From Verrucomicrobiota bacterium (GTDB lineage Bacteria > Verrucomicrobiota > Verrucomicrobiia > Opitutales > UBA953): a stretch of DNA of 64,000 nt. The notes beneath the pieces were generated by a model. That model was not told the DNA's origin. It made no database searches and saw only the letters and a program-made list of their open reading frames with translations. The translations under genes and the position numbers were made by a program. Of the stretch, positions 52,420-64,000 are shown one piece after another; position 1 is the first letter of the stretch; every line of letters starts with the position of its first letter. The stretch covers positions 117 through 64,116 of the forward strand of contig JAPLTV010000030.1 of the NCBI GenBank assembly GCA_026397955.1, read 5' to 3'.

Positions 52420-54810
52420 ATGACGAGAGAGCTGGCCAGCGCGCGCTGGGAGACGAAGGTCTCCGGTCTCGTCATGCTCACCCGCGATTGGACGGGTCCA
52501 GGGCTGCCGCCGCTTTCCTTGAATCCCCCCGCCCGGCTGACCTTGCTGGAGCCCGCCGATGTGCGTGCCTGGGCTTTGCGTTCCGGTCATTGGCTGGCCG
52601 CCGGCCGCGTGCACTTCTTTTTCTGGAAGGCCCTTTGTCCCGAAGTCGCCGACGGCACGGTGAGCGTGGCGGGTTCGTTCAACGATTGGGGCAAGGCTAT
52701 CGACATGGAGCGCTGGGCATTGAGCCCGGTCTGCGTCGACGGTGCCGAGGGTTTCGAGCTGAGCGTCGCCGTCGAAGAGGTGCTCGGTGCCGCCGACGAG
52801 GTCGAATTCAAGTTCCTGCGCGATGGCGGCCGCTGGGTCGAGCCACCACACGACGCCGATAATATCCTCCGCTCCGCCTCGAACCATCGCAATCTGGTAG
52901 TCTCCCGTCTCCGCACGGACAAGCACGTCTTCCGATTCTATGCAGCGGACGCCGATCCGGCTGCTGCGCCAGTGCGGATGATCTTCGAGACGCCCGAGCT
53001 GCTCGAGCTCGGCGACATCCTCGCCTCCGATCCGCTCGACGTGCTCGAGCCGCCGGGTAATTTCGGTGCGATTGTCGGAGTCCGCTCGACGCAGTTCCGC
53101 GTCTTCGCGCCGCGCGCCCGTGCCGTCGAGGTCAGCTGGCGCCATCCCGACGGCGGCGCTAGCCATCTGCTCGCCCTTAAGCCCGAAGGACAGGGCGAGT
53201 GGTCGGCCACACAGCCGGAGAATCTTACCGGCGCCCATTACTGGATTTCCATCTCTGCAGGCGAAGCCGATACCCAGGAGCGATTTGGGGAGACGCAACT
53301 GGTCGACCCTTGGGCGCGCGCGGTCGTCGGTCCGCAGCAGGCCGCTGGCATCATCATCGGGCAGGAATCATTGGCTCCTTTCGCGGATGGCTTCATGCCG
53401 CCGCCCGTCGAGGACCTCGTCATCATCGAAGGCCACTTACGCGACCTCCTCGGCCTGGCTGAAGGTGCGCCCGCCGCAGGCGGCTACCGCGAACTCGCGC
53501 GCTATGTACGTTCGCAAGGCAACTACCTGCGCGCTTTGGGCGTGAACGCCCTTGAGCTCCTGCCGTGTGCGGAGTTCGAGCATGCCGACAAGGAGGAATA
53601 CCATTGGGGCTACATGCCCGTCAGCGCGTTCGGCGTCGCGAATCAATATGCTTCCGCGCCGGGGACCGTCGCCATCGAGGAATTCCGCGACCTCGTGCGT
53701 GCCTGTCATGAGGCCGGCCTTGCCGTCATCATGGACGTGGTGCTCAATCATTTCGGTTCACCCAACGGACTCGGAGCCATCGACGCGCCGTATTATTATC
53801 GCGTCGATCCGCAGGGCGAACTCACGAACTGGAGCGGTTGCGGCAACGACGTCCGCGCCGAGGCGCCGATGCTCAAGCGGCTCGTGCACGCGGCGCTGCG
53901 GCATTGGACCGAGACGCTCGGCGTCGACGGCGTCCGCCTCGACCTCGCCGAACTGCTGGGCACGCCGCTGCTGCGCGAGATTGAGGCCGATTTCCGCGTG
54001 CGCGCGCCGCACAAGATTCTCATCGCCGAGCCGTGGAGCTTCCGCGGTCATGCGGCCCGCGACCTCGACGACAGCACGTGGACCAGCTGGGATGATGCAT
54101 TCCGCGAGTTCCTGCCGGCCTACGTCCGCGGAAACGCCAAGGCCGCCGACCTGCTGCATCATGTCGCCGCGTGCGCCATCCGTCCGTCGGCCCGCCTGCG
54201 TTACGCGCAATCGCATGACGACATGGCATGGCTCGATCGCATCACCGAGCGGGCCGGCTCCGACGCGCTCGACCCCGCGCCGAACGACGTCCTGCGCACG
54301 CGCATGATGCACGTCGTCCTCCTTTGCGCCGCCGGCGTGCCGATGCTTTGCGCCGGCCAGGATTTCCTGATGACCAAGCGCGGCGTCGCTAATACGTGGC
54401 GTCGCGGCGACCTGAACCGGCTGGACCCCGTCCGCTTGGAGCGTTTCCGCGCGGAACATGAATTCGTCGCCCGACTCGTCGGGTTCCGTCTTTCGGCCGC
54501 GGGCGCATCAATGCGTCCACGCCAGGCGGTCACGGCCGGATGGATGCAAGTCACGCATCAGGAGGGAGGAGAGGCCTTCGTCGCGGTCCTCAACGCGGAT
54601 GGGGCCCTTGGCTCGGCCCGCGTGCTCCTGGCCTGCAATCCGCACGGGCATGAGGTCACCCTTGACCTGCCGCGCACCGGCAATTGGACGCCCGTGGTCG
54701 TCTCTCCTTTCCCTTCCTGCCTCCATGCGCCGGGTCCCGTTCCGCGGATCGAGGCGGGCAGGGTGGTTTTGCCGCCTTTGGCCTCCGCCGTCTGGTCTGC
54801 CGGAGCCTGA
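52420..54810 (+). CDS. GH13 debranching enzyme (pullulanase / glycogen-debranching type) with N-terminal carbohydrate-binding module(s)
   Basis: Track ORF 52411..54810 (TTG); ATG 52420 is used here. GH13 regions: DVVLNHFG, GVDGVRLDLAELL, IAEPWS, AQSHDD. Confidence 0.88.
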   Translation: MTRELASARWETKVSGLVMLTRDWTGPGLPPLSLNPPARLTLLEPADVRAWALRSGHWLAAGRVHFFFWKALCPEVADGTVSVAGSFNDWGKAIDMERWALSPVCVDGAEGFELSVAVEEVLGAADEVEFKFLRDGGRWVEPPHDADNILRSASNHRNLVVSRLRTDKHVFRFYAADADPAAAPVRMIFETPELLELGDILASDPLDVLEPPGNFGAIVGVRSTQFRVFAPRARAVEVSWRHPDGGASHLLALKPEGQGEWSATQPENLTGAHYWISISAGEADTQERFGETQLVDPWARAVVGPQQAAGIIIGQESLAPFADGFMPPPVEDLVIIEGHLRDLLGLAEGAPAAGGYRELARYVRSQGNYLRALGVNALELLPCAEFEHADKEEYHWGYMPVSAFGVANQYASAPGTVAIEEFRDLVRACHEAGLAVIMDVVLNHFGSPNGLGAIDAPYYYRVDPQGELTNWSGCGNDVRAEAPMLKRLVHAALRHWTETLGVDGVRLDLAELLGTPLLREIEADFRVRAPHKILIAEPWSFRGHAARDLDDSTWTSWDDAFREFLPAYVRGNAKAADLLHHVAACAIRPSARLRYAQSHDDMAWLDRITERAGSDALDPAPNDVLRTRMMHVVLLCAAGVPMLCAGQDFLMTKRGVANTWRRGDLNRLDPVRLERFRAEHEFVARLVGFRLSAAGASMRPRQAVTAGWMQVTHQEGGEAFVAVLNADGALGSARVLLACNPHGHEVTLDLPRTGNWTPVVVSPFPSCLHAPGPVPRIEAGRVVLPPLASAVWSAGA

Positions 54811-55947
<1,137 letters not shown>

Positions 55948-55968
55948 GCCTCGCTTAGATTCCTCCGC

Positions 55969-56003
55969 GACAGGCGGCCCATCCGGGTCGCCTGTCTTGT
56001 TTT
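55969..56003 (+). terminator. Rho-independent terminator/attenuating hairpin after gap
   Basis: GACAGGCG-(12 nt)-CGCCTGTC followed by TTGTTTT. Confidence 0.65.
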
Positions 56004-56110
56004 AGGCCCCCGGCGGGGTGGGGTAGGTCGGTTACGACGGTTTGCGAGGGCTCGGGCGGTTTGTTCTTCCCACCCTTGGCCTTACGCCTTTCTCTGCTCC
56101 TTTCACCACC

Positions 56111-57355
56111 ATGCCTGCTCCTACCCTCCGCGAACTCGGCTCCGTCAAGGGCCAGCGTGTCCTCGTCCGTGTCGACTTCAACGTCCCCCAGGACAAGAAG
56201 ACCGGCGCCATCACGAATACCCAGCGTATCGCCGCGGCCCTGCCGACGATCAAGTTCCTGCTCGAAGGCGGCGCCTCCCTGGTGCTGATGTCCCACCTGG
56301 GCCGTCCGGACGGTAAGGTCGTCGAAAAATTCTCCCTCCGCCCCATCGCCGTCGAGCTCGAGAAGCTTCTGGGCAAGCCGGTGAAGTTCGTCGCTGCCTG
56401 CGTGGGCGCCGAAGCCGAAGCCGCCGCCAAGGCCCTCCAGCCGGGCGAGATCCTGCTCCTCGAAAACCTCCGCTTCCACATCGAGGAAGAGGGCAAGGTG
56501 AAGCTCGAAGACGGTACCAGCCAGAAGGCCGACCCCGCTAAAGTGGCTGAATTCAGGGCCTCTCTCTCACGTCTGGGCGACGTCTACGTGAACGACGCCT
56601 TCGGCACCGCACACCGCGCCCACTCCTCGATGGTCGGCGTGAATCTCTCCCGCAAGGCCGCCGGTTTCCTCCTCGAAGCCGAGCTCAAGGCCTTCGATAC
56701 CGTGCTCAACAACCCGCAGCGTCCGCTGCTCGCCATCCTCGGCGGCGCCAAGATCGCCGACAAGATTCCTCTCATCCGCAACCTCATCGAGAAGGCCGAC
56801 GAGATCATCATCGGCGGCGGCATGGCCTACACCTTCCGCAAGATCTGTGACGGCATGGAAATCGGCAATTCCCTCTACGACGCCGAAGGCGCCAAGATTG
56901 TCCAGGAGCTACTCGACAAGGCGAAGGCCCGCGGGGTGAAGGTGACCCTCCCGGTCGACTTCCTCTGCGGCGATAAGTTCTCGCCTGATTCCAACACCCA
57001 GCCTGCCACCATGCAGTCCGGTATTCCTGCCGGCTGGGAAGGCATGGATTGCGGTCCTGAGTCCATCAAACTGTACGAGGCCGCCATCGGCCGCGCCGGC
57101 ACGGTGGTCTGGAACGGCCCTTGCGGCGTGTTCGAATTCGAAAAGTTCGCCGTCGGCTCCAAGGCCATGGCGGCGGCGGTGGCCAAGGCCACGGACCGTG
57201 GTGCAATCACGATCGTCGGCGGCGGCGACACCGCCACGGCGGCCAAGAAGTTCGGTGTCGATACCAAGGTCTCGCATTGCTCGACCGGCGGTGGCGCTTC
57301 CCTCGAATACCTCGAAGGCAAGGTCCTCCCCGGCGTCGCGGCCCTCTCGGCCTGA
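56111..57355 (+). CDS. pgk: Phosphoglycerate kinase
   Basis: Track ORF 56042..57355. ATG 56111 gives [26 protein letters not shown]. Also [10 protein letters not shown] and GGGDTA. Confidence 0.96.
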   Translation: MPAPTLRELGSVKGQRVLVRVDFNVPQDKKTGAITNTQRIAAALPTIKFLLEGGASLVLMSHLGRPDGKVVEKFSLRPIAVELEKLLGKPVKFVAACVGAEAEAAAKALQPGEILLLENLRFHIEEEGKVKLEDGTSQKADPAKVAEFRASLSRLGDVYVNDAFGTAHRAHSSMVGVNLSRKAAGFLLEAELKAFDTVLNNPQRPLLAILGGAKIADKIPLIRNLIEKADEIIIGGGMAYTFRKICDGMEIGNSLYDAEGAKIVQELLDKAKARGVKVTLPVDFLCGDKFSPDSNTQPATMQSGIPAGWEGMDCGPESIKLYEAAIGRAGTVVWNGPCGVFEFEKFAVGSKAMAAAVAKATDRGAITIVGGGDTATAAKKFGVDTKVSHCSTGGGASLEYLEGKVLPGVAALSA

Positions 57356-57397
57356 TCTTCGTCTTACCCTCGTCCACACGCTCTCAAACACACACCC

Positions 57398-58174
57398 ATG
57401 TCCAAACGCACTCCCCTCATCGCCGGTAACTGGAAGATGAACAAGACGGCCACCGAAGGTACCGACCTCGTCAAGGCCATCGCCGCCGCCGTCGGCACCG
57501 AATCCGCCGTCCAGATTGTCCTCTGCCCACCTTTCACTGCGCTCTCCGCGGTCAGCGCCGCTGCCGAAGGCACCCACCTCGCCGTGGGCGCCCAGAACAT
57601 GCATGACAAGACCAACGGCGCCTTCACCGGCGAAGTCTCGGCCGCCATGCTCCGCGACCTGCACGTCACACACGTAATCCTCGGCCACAGCGAGCGTCGT
57701 GCGATTTTCGGCGAAGACGACGCCTTCATCAATCGCAAGGTCAACGCCGCCCTGGCCGCGTCCCTCAAGCCCATCCTCTGCGTCGGCGAACTGCTCGCCG
57801 AGCGCGAAGCTGGCACCACGAACGTCGTGGTGAAGCGTCAGGTCGAACTCGGTCTCGCCGGCGTCCCCGCAGGTAAGGCCGAACAGGTCATCATCGCCTA
57901 CGAGCCCGTCTGGGCGATTGGCACCGGCAAGACCGCCACCCCGGCCATGGCCCAGGAAGTGCACGCCTTCATCCGCTCGCTCCTCGTCTCCCAATTCGGC
58001 GCCGAGACCGCTGGCCGAGTCCGGATCCTCTACGGCGGATCCATGAAGCCGGACAACGCCGATGCCCTCTTGGCCGAGCATGACATCGACGGCGGCCTCA
58101 TCGGTGGAGCCGCCCTTGAGGCCAAGAGCTTCGTCGACCTCGTCCAGAGCGCCGCGAAGTCCCTGACCCGCTAA
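57398..58174 (+). CDS. tpiA: Triose-phosphate isomerase
   Basis: Track ORF of 258 aa. IAGNWKMN, ILGHSERR, AYEPVWAIGTG, YGGS. Confidence 0.96.
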   Translation: MSKRTPLIAGNWKMNKTATEGTDLVKAIAAAVGTESAVQIVLCPPFTALSAVSAAAEGTHLAVGAQNMHDKTNGAFTGEVSAAMLRDLHVTHVILGHSERRAIFGEDDAFINRKVNAALAASLKPILCVGELLAEREAGTTNVVVKRQVELGLAGVPAGKAEQVIIAYEPVWAIGTGKTATPAMAQEVHAFIRSLLVSQFGAETAGRVRILYGGSMKPDNADALLAEHDIDGGLIGGAALEAKSFVDLVQSAAKSLTR

Positions 58175-58192
58175 GTCCGAGCCCCCCTGACC

Positions 58193-58244
58193 TTAGACCA
58201 GCGATTGGATAAGCCCCACTAGGGCTTTCCCTTCGCTGGTCTAA
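58193..58244 (+). terminator. Long hairpin after tpiA (possible terminator)
   Basis: TTAGACCAGCGA...TCGCTGGTCTAA forms a 12 bp outer stem with an inner AAGCCC/GGGCTT stem. Only a weak T tract follows (TAGTTT). Confidence 0.5.
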
Positions 58245-58301
58245 TAGTTTGGAAAGTGCCCAATGGTCAGCAGGGGAGGGTTTAAAGAGATTAATTCAGT
58301 C

Positions 58302-58351
58302 GTTAAATTGTAAGTCTATGACATTTAACAACTTGTAGTGTTAATTTACAC
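58302..58351. promoter_or_regulatory. Two palindromes in the AT-rich region upstream of the ACIII operon
   Basis: GTTAAAT-N14-ATTTAAC (58302-58329) and GTGT-TAATTT-ACAC (58338-58351). They lie 140-190 nt upstream of the actA ATG. Confidence 0.3.
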
Positions 58352-58492
58352 CCTATTCACAGGTTTCTCGCCCCTCAATTCCCAGGCTACCCCTGAAAAG
58401 CGACTAAAACCGCTTAAATTTGGGTTGCGAAGGGGTTCCGCCTTTCGTGCTTCTTCGGTCAAAAAACCCGCCAATCCATTCGTCTGAACGCG

Positions 58493-59194
58493 ATGCGCAA
58501 ACTCCTCAATTTCCTCAACCGCCCGGCACCCCGTGGCAACTTCTTCGCCCGGGCCGTCAACGCCGCCCCGTTCCAGATCCTCGTCTGCCTGCTCATCACG
58601 GGCGTGGTCGTCGCGGCCGCGGTCAACGAGTACGCAACGAACAAGTATCTGAACGTTGGATACACGCCGGATCAGCCGGTCGCTTTCGACCACTCCTTCC
58701 ACGCGGGACCTGATTCCGTCCTGGGTCTCGATTGCCGCTATTGCCATAACTTCGTCGACAAGTCGTCCCACTCGAACGTCCCGACGACCAACACCTGCTG
58801 GAACTGCCATAGCCAGGTGAAGCCCGATAGCCCCGCGCTGGCGCTCGTCAAGAAGAGCATGGAGACCGGCGAAGCGATCCGCTGGGTCAAGGTCCACAAG
58901 GTACCTGATTACGTTTACTTCAACCACGCCGTGCACGTGAACCGCGGCGTCAGCTGCGTCGAGTGCCACGGTCGCATCGACCAGCAGGTCGTCGTCGGTC
59001 AGCAGAAGTCGCTCAACATGTCCTTCTGCCTCGATTGCCACCGCAATCCGGAGCAGGCCCTTCGCCCCGTCGACAAGGTCACTGACCTCGCCTACAAGGC
59101 CGCCTCGCCTGCCGCGCAGACCGCTGCCGGGACGAAGTTCGTCCACGACTGGAAGGTCAATCCGCCCCAGAGCTGCTCGGGCTGCCACCGCTAA
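58493..59194 (+). CDS. actA: Alternative complex III subunit ActA (pentaheme cytochrome c)
   Basis: Track ORF of 233 aa. N-terminal TM anchor. Five CxxCH motifs (CRYCH, CWNCH, CVECH, CLDCH, CSGCH). Followed by actB and actC. Confidence 0.88.
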   Translation: MRKLLNFLNRPAPRGNFFARAVNAAPFQILVCLLITGVVVAAAVNEYATNKYLNVGYTPDQPVAFDHSFHAGPDSVLGLDCRYCHNFVDKSSHSNVPTTNTCWNCHSQVKPDSPALALVKKSMETGEAIRWVKVHKVPDYVYFNHAVHVNRGVSCVECHGRIDQQVVVGQQKSLNMSFCLDCHRNPEQALRPVDKVTDLAYKAASPAAQTAAGTKFVHDWKVNPPQSCSGCHR

Positions 59195-59212
59195 TCCCAC
59201 CACCCTTTTCCG

Positions 59213-62200
59213 ATGAGCAAGAAAGTTTTCGAACACCCCGTGGCCCAGCCCGGCGAGCCGACTGGTCCCTCTTACTGGCGCAGCCTCGAAGAGCGCAACA
59301 AGTCGCCTGAGTTCCGCACCCGCGCCGAACGTGAGTTCGTCGAAGGCGCCGCCGCCATCACCAGCGTCGAGCGTCGTGAGTTCCTGATGCTCATGGGAGC
59401 TTCCTTCGGCCTCGCTGGCCTCGGCCTCGCTGGTTGCCGCGAGCCTCGTAACCACACGCTTCCTTACGCCAAGCAGCCTGAGAACACGATTCCCGGCGTC
59501 GCGACTTACTACGCTTCCTCTTTCCCCGGCGAGTTCGCTAACCAGCCAATCCTCGTCGAGACGCATCAGCATCGCCCGACCAAGATCGAAGGTAACCCGA
59601 GCCATCGCGCCAACGGCGGAGCCTCCTCGAAGTTCGCCCAGGCTAGCGTGCTCGACATGTACGATCCGGATCGCGCCAAGACCTCCGAAGGCCCGAAAGC
59701 ACAGCTTTCGGTCGCTCAAGTCCGTGAGTTCGTGCGCGGCCTCGCCACCTCCGCCAAGGACAACGCCGGCGCCGGCCTTGCCTTCCTCGCCCGTCCGTCC
59801 ACTTCGCCGACGCGCGCCCGTCTCGTCGCCGGCCTCAAGGCCGCCTACCCGAAGGCTCGCTGGGTCGAATACACTCCAGTCGAGCAGAATAGCGCCGAGC
59901 GCGTGCTGGGTGCCCGCGCGTTGCCCGATTACGCCAAGGCTCGCCGCGTGCTCAGCCTCGACCGCGATTTCCTCGGTGCGCATGATACCACCGTCGAAGA
60001 CACCCGCGCCTATTCCTCCGCCCGCCGCGCCGACACGGCCGAGCAGGCTGAGAAGATGACGCGTCTCTACGTCGTAGAATCCACCTTCTCGCTGACCGGC
60101 GCCGCCGCTGATCACCGTCTCCGCGCCTCGTCCTCGCACATCTCCGGCCTCGCGATTCTCTTCGCCGCCGAAGTCCTCGCGCAGACCGGCAACGCCGCCG
60201 CTGCCTCCCTCAAGGGCAAGGTCTCTGGCATCAACGTCGACGCCAAGTGGGTGACCGAATGCGCCGCCGACCTCGTTCTCGCGAAAGGCGAAGCCCTCAT
60301 CGTCGCCGGTGACCATCTGTCCGCCGACGCGCACCGCGCCGTCTTCCTCGCGAACCAGGCCCTCGGTGCCGCCGTCAAGTACGTCGCGGCTCCGGCTCCG
60401 TCGTCGCTGACGATTGCCGCCCTCGCCGCCAAGCCGGCCGAGACCCTTGTGATCCTCGGTGGCAACCCCGCTTACGACGCCCCAGCCGACGTCAACTTCG
60501 GCGCCGCCATTAAGGCCGCCAAGACCGTCGTCCGCCTCGGCTACCACGGCGCCTCCTTCGATGAGACCTCCGCCGCCGTGAAGGCTGCCGGCGGCACTTT
60601 CCTCGCCTCTTCGCACTACCTCGAGAGCTGGTCCGATGGTCGCACGCTCAGCGGCGTCTACGTCCCGGTCCAGCCGATGATTGACCCGCTCTTCACGACG
60701 GTCAACGAGCTCGACGTCCTCGCTCCGTTCGCCGGTTCCGACAAGGATGCGCACGCGCTCGTCCGCGAGACCTTCAACTCGCTGTCGAAGAATGCCTCCG
60801 ACGAAGCTTTCGCCGCCTGGCTCGCCGAAGGCGTCCTCGCCGGCACCGCTTTCGCCGCCGCCAAGCCCGCCGTCGGCGCCGAGCAGATCAAGGCCTTCGC
60901 CGCTCCGGCCCTTTCGTTCGACTCCCTCGAAGTGCGCCTCGTCCCGAGCGTCCACTCGGGCGACGGTCAGTACGCCAACAACGGCTGGCTCGCCGAGGCT
61001 CCGGATCCCATGTCCAAGACGGTCTGGGAAAACGTCATCCTCGTCAGCCCGAAGTTCGCCGCCAAGCTCGCCATCGAGCCGTCCGAAGCATTCATCAATA
61101 AGATCGGTGGTGAAGCCGACTTCCTGCACACCGGCGCGCTCAACCGTAATATCAACCAGCTCGTCGATGGCCGCCTCATCTGCCGCGTCGCTACGCTGAC
61201 CCTCGGTGACAAGACCGTCACCGGTCCGCTCTTCATCATGCCGGGTATGGCTGACTTCACCGTCGGCCTGCAGCTCGGCTTCGGTCGCCGCGTCGGCGGC
61301 CGCGTCGCCACCCGCGTCCCTGAGCGCCTCGCTGGTCGCACCGTTGGCAACGGCTTCGACGTCTATCCTTTCGTCTCCGCTTCCGACCTCGCCGTCCGTA
61401 CTGGCGTGAAGCTCACGCTCACCGGCGCCACCGTCGCCGTGGGCAACATGCAGGACCACTGGTCCATGGAAGGCCGCGACATCATCCGCGAAGGTAATGT
61501 CGAGGACCTGAAGAATAATCAGAATTTCGCCAAGCTCGGCATCGATGGACACGCTCCGGCCGTCTACGGCAAGGACGGCGCCATGGCTCCGGCCCTCAAG
61601 GCTATCACCACGCCGCGTGGTAATTCCGCCTACGAGCACCCGGCGCACTCCGTCGCTCCGAATGTCGCCGTCTGGAAGGGACACGAATCCGAATTCCCCG
61701 CGCTTCAGCAGTGGGGCATGTCGATCGACCTCAACACTTGCACGGGTTGCAACGCCTGCGTGACCGCCTGTCAGTCCGAGAACAACATTCCTGTCGTCGG
61801 CCGCGAGCAGGTGCTCAAGGGACGCAACATGCACTGGATCCGTCTGGACCGTTACTTCTTCGACGGTCGCGCCGCCGCCGGCAACGCGATTCCCGAAGAC
61901 CCGCAGGTCACCTTCATGGGTGTCGCCTGCCAGCATTGCGAAACCGCCCCGTGCGAGACCGTCTGCCCCGCCAACGCCACCGTCCACGACGACCAGGGTC
62001 TCAATACCATGGCGTATAACCGTTGCATCGGTACCCGCTACTGCGCGAACAACTGTCCTTATAAGGTCCGTCGCTTCAACTTCCTCGATTTCAACAAGCG
62101 CGTCGACGGCCACTACTACGAAGGTCCCCTCGGACCCGAGAAGACTGTCAAGGATCCGGCCGACCTGCCGCAGCTGCAGAAGAACCCCGACGTCTCCGTG

Positions 62201-62638
62201 CGTATGCGCGGCGTCATGGAAAAGTGCACCTACTGCGTCCAGCGCATCCAGGAAGCCAAGATCCAGGCCAAGGTCCGCGCCCGCAATTCGGCCGACATCA
62301 ACGTCCGCGACGGCGTCATCCAAGTCGCCTGCCAGCAGGCTTGCCCGGCCGGCGCGATCGAGTTCGGCGACATCACCGATCCGAAGTCCCGTGTTGCCAA
62401 GGCCAAGGCCTCGACCCGTTCCTACGGCGCGCTGACCTACCTCAACACCCGCCCGCGCACGACCTACCAGGCCAAGCTGCGTAACCTCAACCTCCGCATG
62501 CCCGGAGCCAAACTCGTCCCGCTTTCCCGCCTCGAGATGGCCGGCCGCGAATCGCACGGCGCTCCGGCGCACGGCGCCGCGCCCCATGGCGATCCCCACG
62601 CGAAGCCCGCCCACGGCGCCGAGCCTCACGCCAAATAA
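59213..62638 (+). CDS. actB: Alternative complex III subunit ActB (fused molybdopterin-like B1 + 4Fe-4S B2)
   Basis: Track ORF of 1141 aa. Tat-type signal ERREFLMLMGASFGLAGL. The C-terminal third carries ferredoxin clusters (CTGCNACVTAC, CQHCETAPCETVCP, CIGTRYCANNCP, CTYC...CQQACP). Confidence 0.9.
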   Translation: MSKKVFEHPVAQPGEPTGPSYWRSLEERNKSPEFRTRAEREFVEGAAAITSVERREFLMLMGASFGLAGLGLAGCREPRNHTLPYAKQPENTIPGVATYYASSFPGEFANQPILVETHQHRPTKIEGNPSHRANGGASSKFAQASVLDMYDPDRAKTSEGPKAQLSVAQVREFVRGLATSAKDNAGAGLAFLARPSTSPTRARLVAGLKAAYPKARWVEYTPVEQNSAERVLGARALPDYAKARRVLSLDRDFLGAHDTTVEDTRAYSSARRADTAEQAEKMTRLYVVESTFSLTGAAADHRLRASSSHISGLAILFAAEVLAQTGNAAAASLKGKVSGINVDAKWVTECAADLVLAKGEALIVAGDHLSADAHRAVFLANQALGAAVKYVAAPAPSSLTIAALAAKPAETLVILGGNPAYDAPADVNFGAAIKAAKTVVRLGYHGASFDETSAAVKAAGGTFLASSHYLESWSDGRTLSGVYVPVQPMIDPLFTTVNELDVLAPFAGSDKDAHALVRETFNSLSKNASDEAFAAWLAEGVLAGTAFAAAKPAVGAEQIKAFAAPALSFDSLEVRLVPSVHSGDGQYANNGWLAEAPDPMSKTVWENVILVSPKFAAKLAIEPSEAFINKIGGEADFLHTGALNRNINQLVDGRLICRVATLTLGDKTVTGPLFIMPGMADFTVGLQLGFGRRVGGRVATRVPERLAGRTVGNGFDVYPFVSASDLAVRTGVKLTLTGATVAVGNMQDHWSMEGRDIIREGNVEDLKNNQNFAKLGIDGHAPAVYGKDGAMAPALKAITTPRGNSAYEHPAHSVAPNVAVWKGHESEFPALQQWGMSIDLNTCTGCNACVTACQSENNIPVVGREQVLKGRNMHWIRLDRYFFDGRAAAGNAIPEDPQVTFMGVACQHCETAPCETVCPANATVHDDQGLNTMAYNRCIGTRYCANNCPYKVRRFNFLDFNKRVDGHYYEGPLGPEKTVKDPADLPQLQKNPDVSVRMRGVMEKCTYCVQRIQEAKIQAKVRARNSADINVRDGVIQVACQQACPAGAIEFGDITDPKSRVAKAKASTRSYGALTYLNTRPRTTYQAKLRNLNLRMPGAKLVPLSRLEMAGRESHGAPAHGAAPHGDPHAKPAHGAEPHAK

Positions 62639-62660
62639 TCCTTAAACGACTACCCGTCCC

Positions 62661-64000
<1,340 letters not shown>

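Noticed and set aside
58346-62629. 1427-aa ORF antisense to actA/actB. Similar very long antisense ORFs: 547..1911, 9111..10982, 13682..15193, 17204..18811, 27527..29530, 29921..31624, 34601..35896, 35860..37386, 45918..48494, 54508..55803.
   Set aside because: All lie exactly opposite genes with clear family signatures. Their translations are Arg/Gly/Ala/Pro/Asp-rich low-complexity strings with no motifs. In high-GC DNA, stop codons are rare on the antisense strand, so these are GC-shadow ORFs.

Overview
High-GC bacterial chromosomal window. I did not compute base composition. Three features suggest Verrucomicrobiota (inference only): prepilin-type GFTLIELL proteins, two giant PVC-type 'dehydrogenase beta-propeller + HEAT + cytochrome c' proteins, and an alternative complex III operon.

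I support 54 protein genes and 2 tRNA-Leu. Most are housekeeping:
- purD, an LMW-PTP, rpiB, glyA
- menA, dCMP deaminase, yqgE
- tsaD, fbaB, clpS
- zinc-independent rpmJ/rpmE paralogs
- an rpoD-like sigma factor, trpE
- a GH13 debranching enzyme
- gap-pgk-tpiA
- actA-actB-actC (actC runs off the 3' edge)

I saw no IS element, integrase, prophage, CRISPR array, toxin-antitoxin pair or recognisable defence gene.

The most striking sequence-level signal is not a gene. Five intergenic regions are filled with a mosaic of short palindromic modules that all carry a GGTAGGG / CCCTACC head, which is the REP/BIME architecture. The regions are 488-612, 7068-7272, 7959-8203, 12069-12396 / 13417-13738 and 34442-34660. 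The mosaic includes a 118-120 nt composite element present in four full copies with compensatory stem substitutions. It also includes a conserved hairpin + AGGGGGCACGTGGGC module sitting exactly at three stop codons.

Under-characterised gene sets worth follow-up:
- a circularly permuted ATP-grasp / alpha-E / transglutaminase triad followed by a VirK/YbjX (DUF535) gene
- a hybrid histidine kinase whose 3' end overlaps clpS, followed by an acidic unknown protein
- two recent tandem duplications (pseudopilin-like pair, small beta-barrel OMP pair)
- an Arg/Gly/Asp-rich unknown protein
- two paralogous membrane-anchored Cys-phosphatases

The many long ORFs antisense to real genes are GC-driven shadows and are rejected. 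All calls come from reading the sequence and translations by eye. No database search was run.
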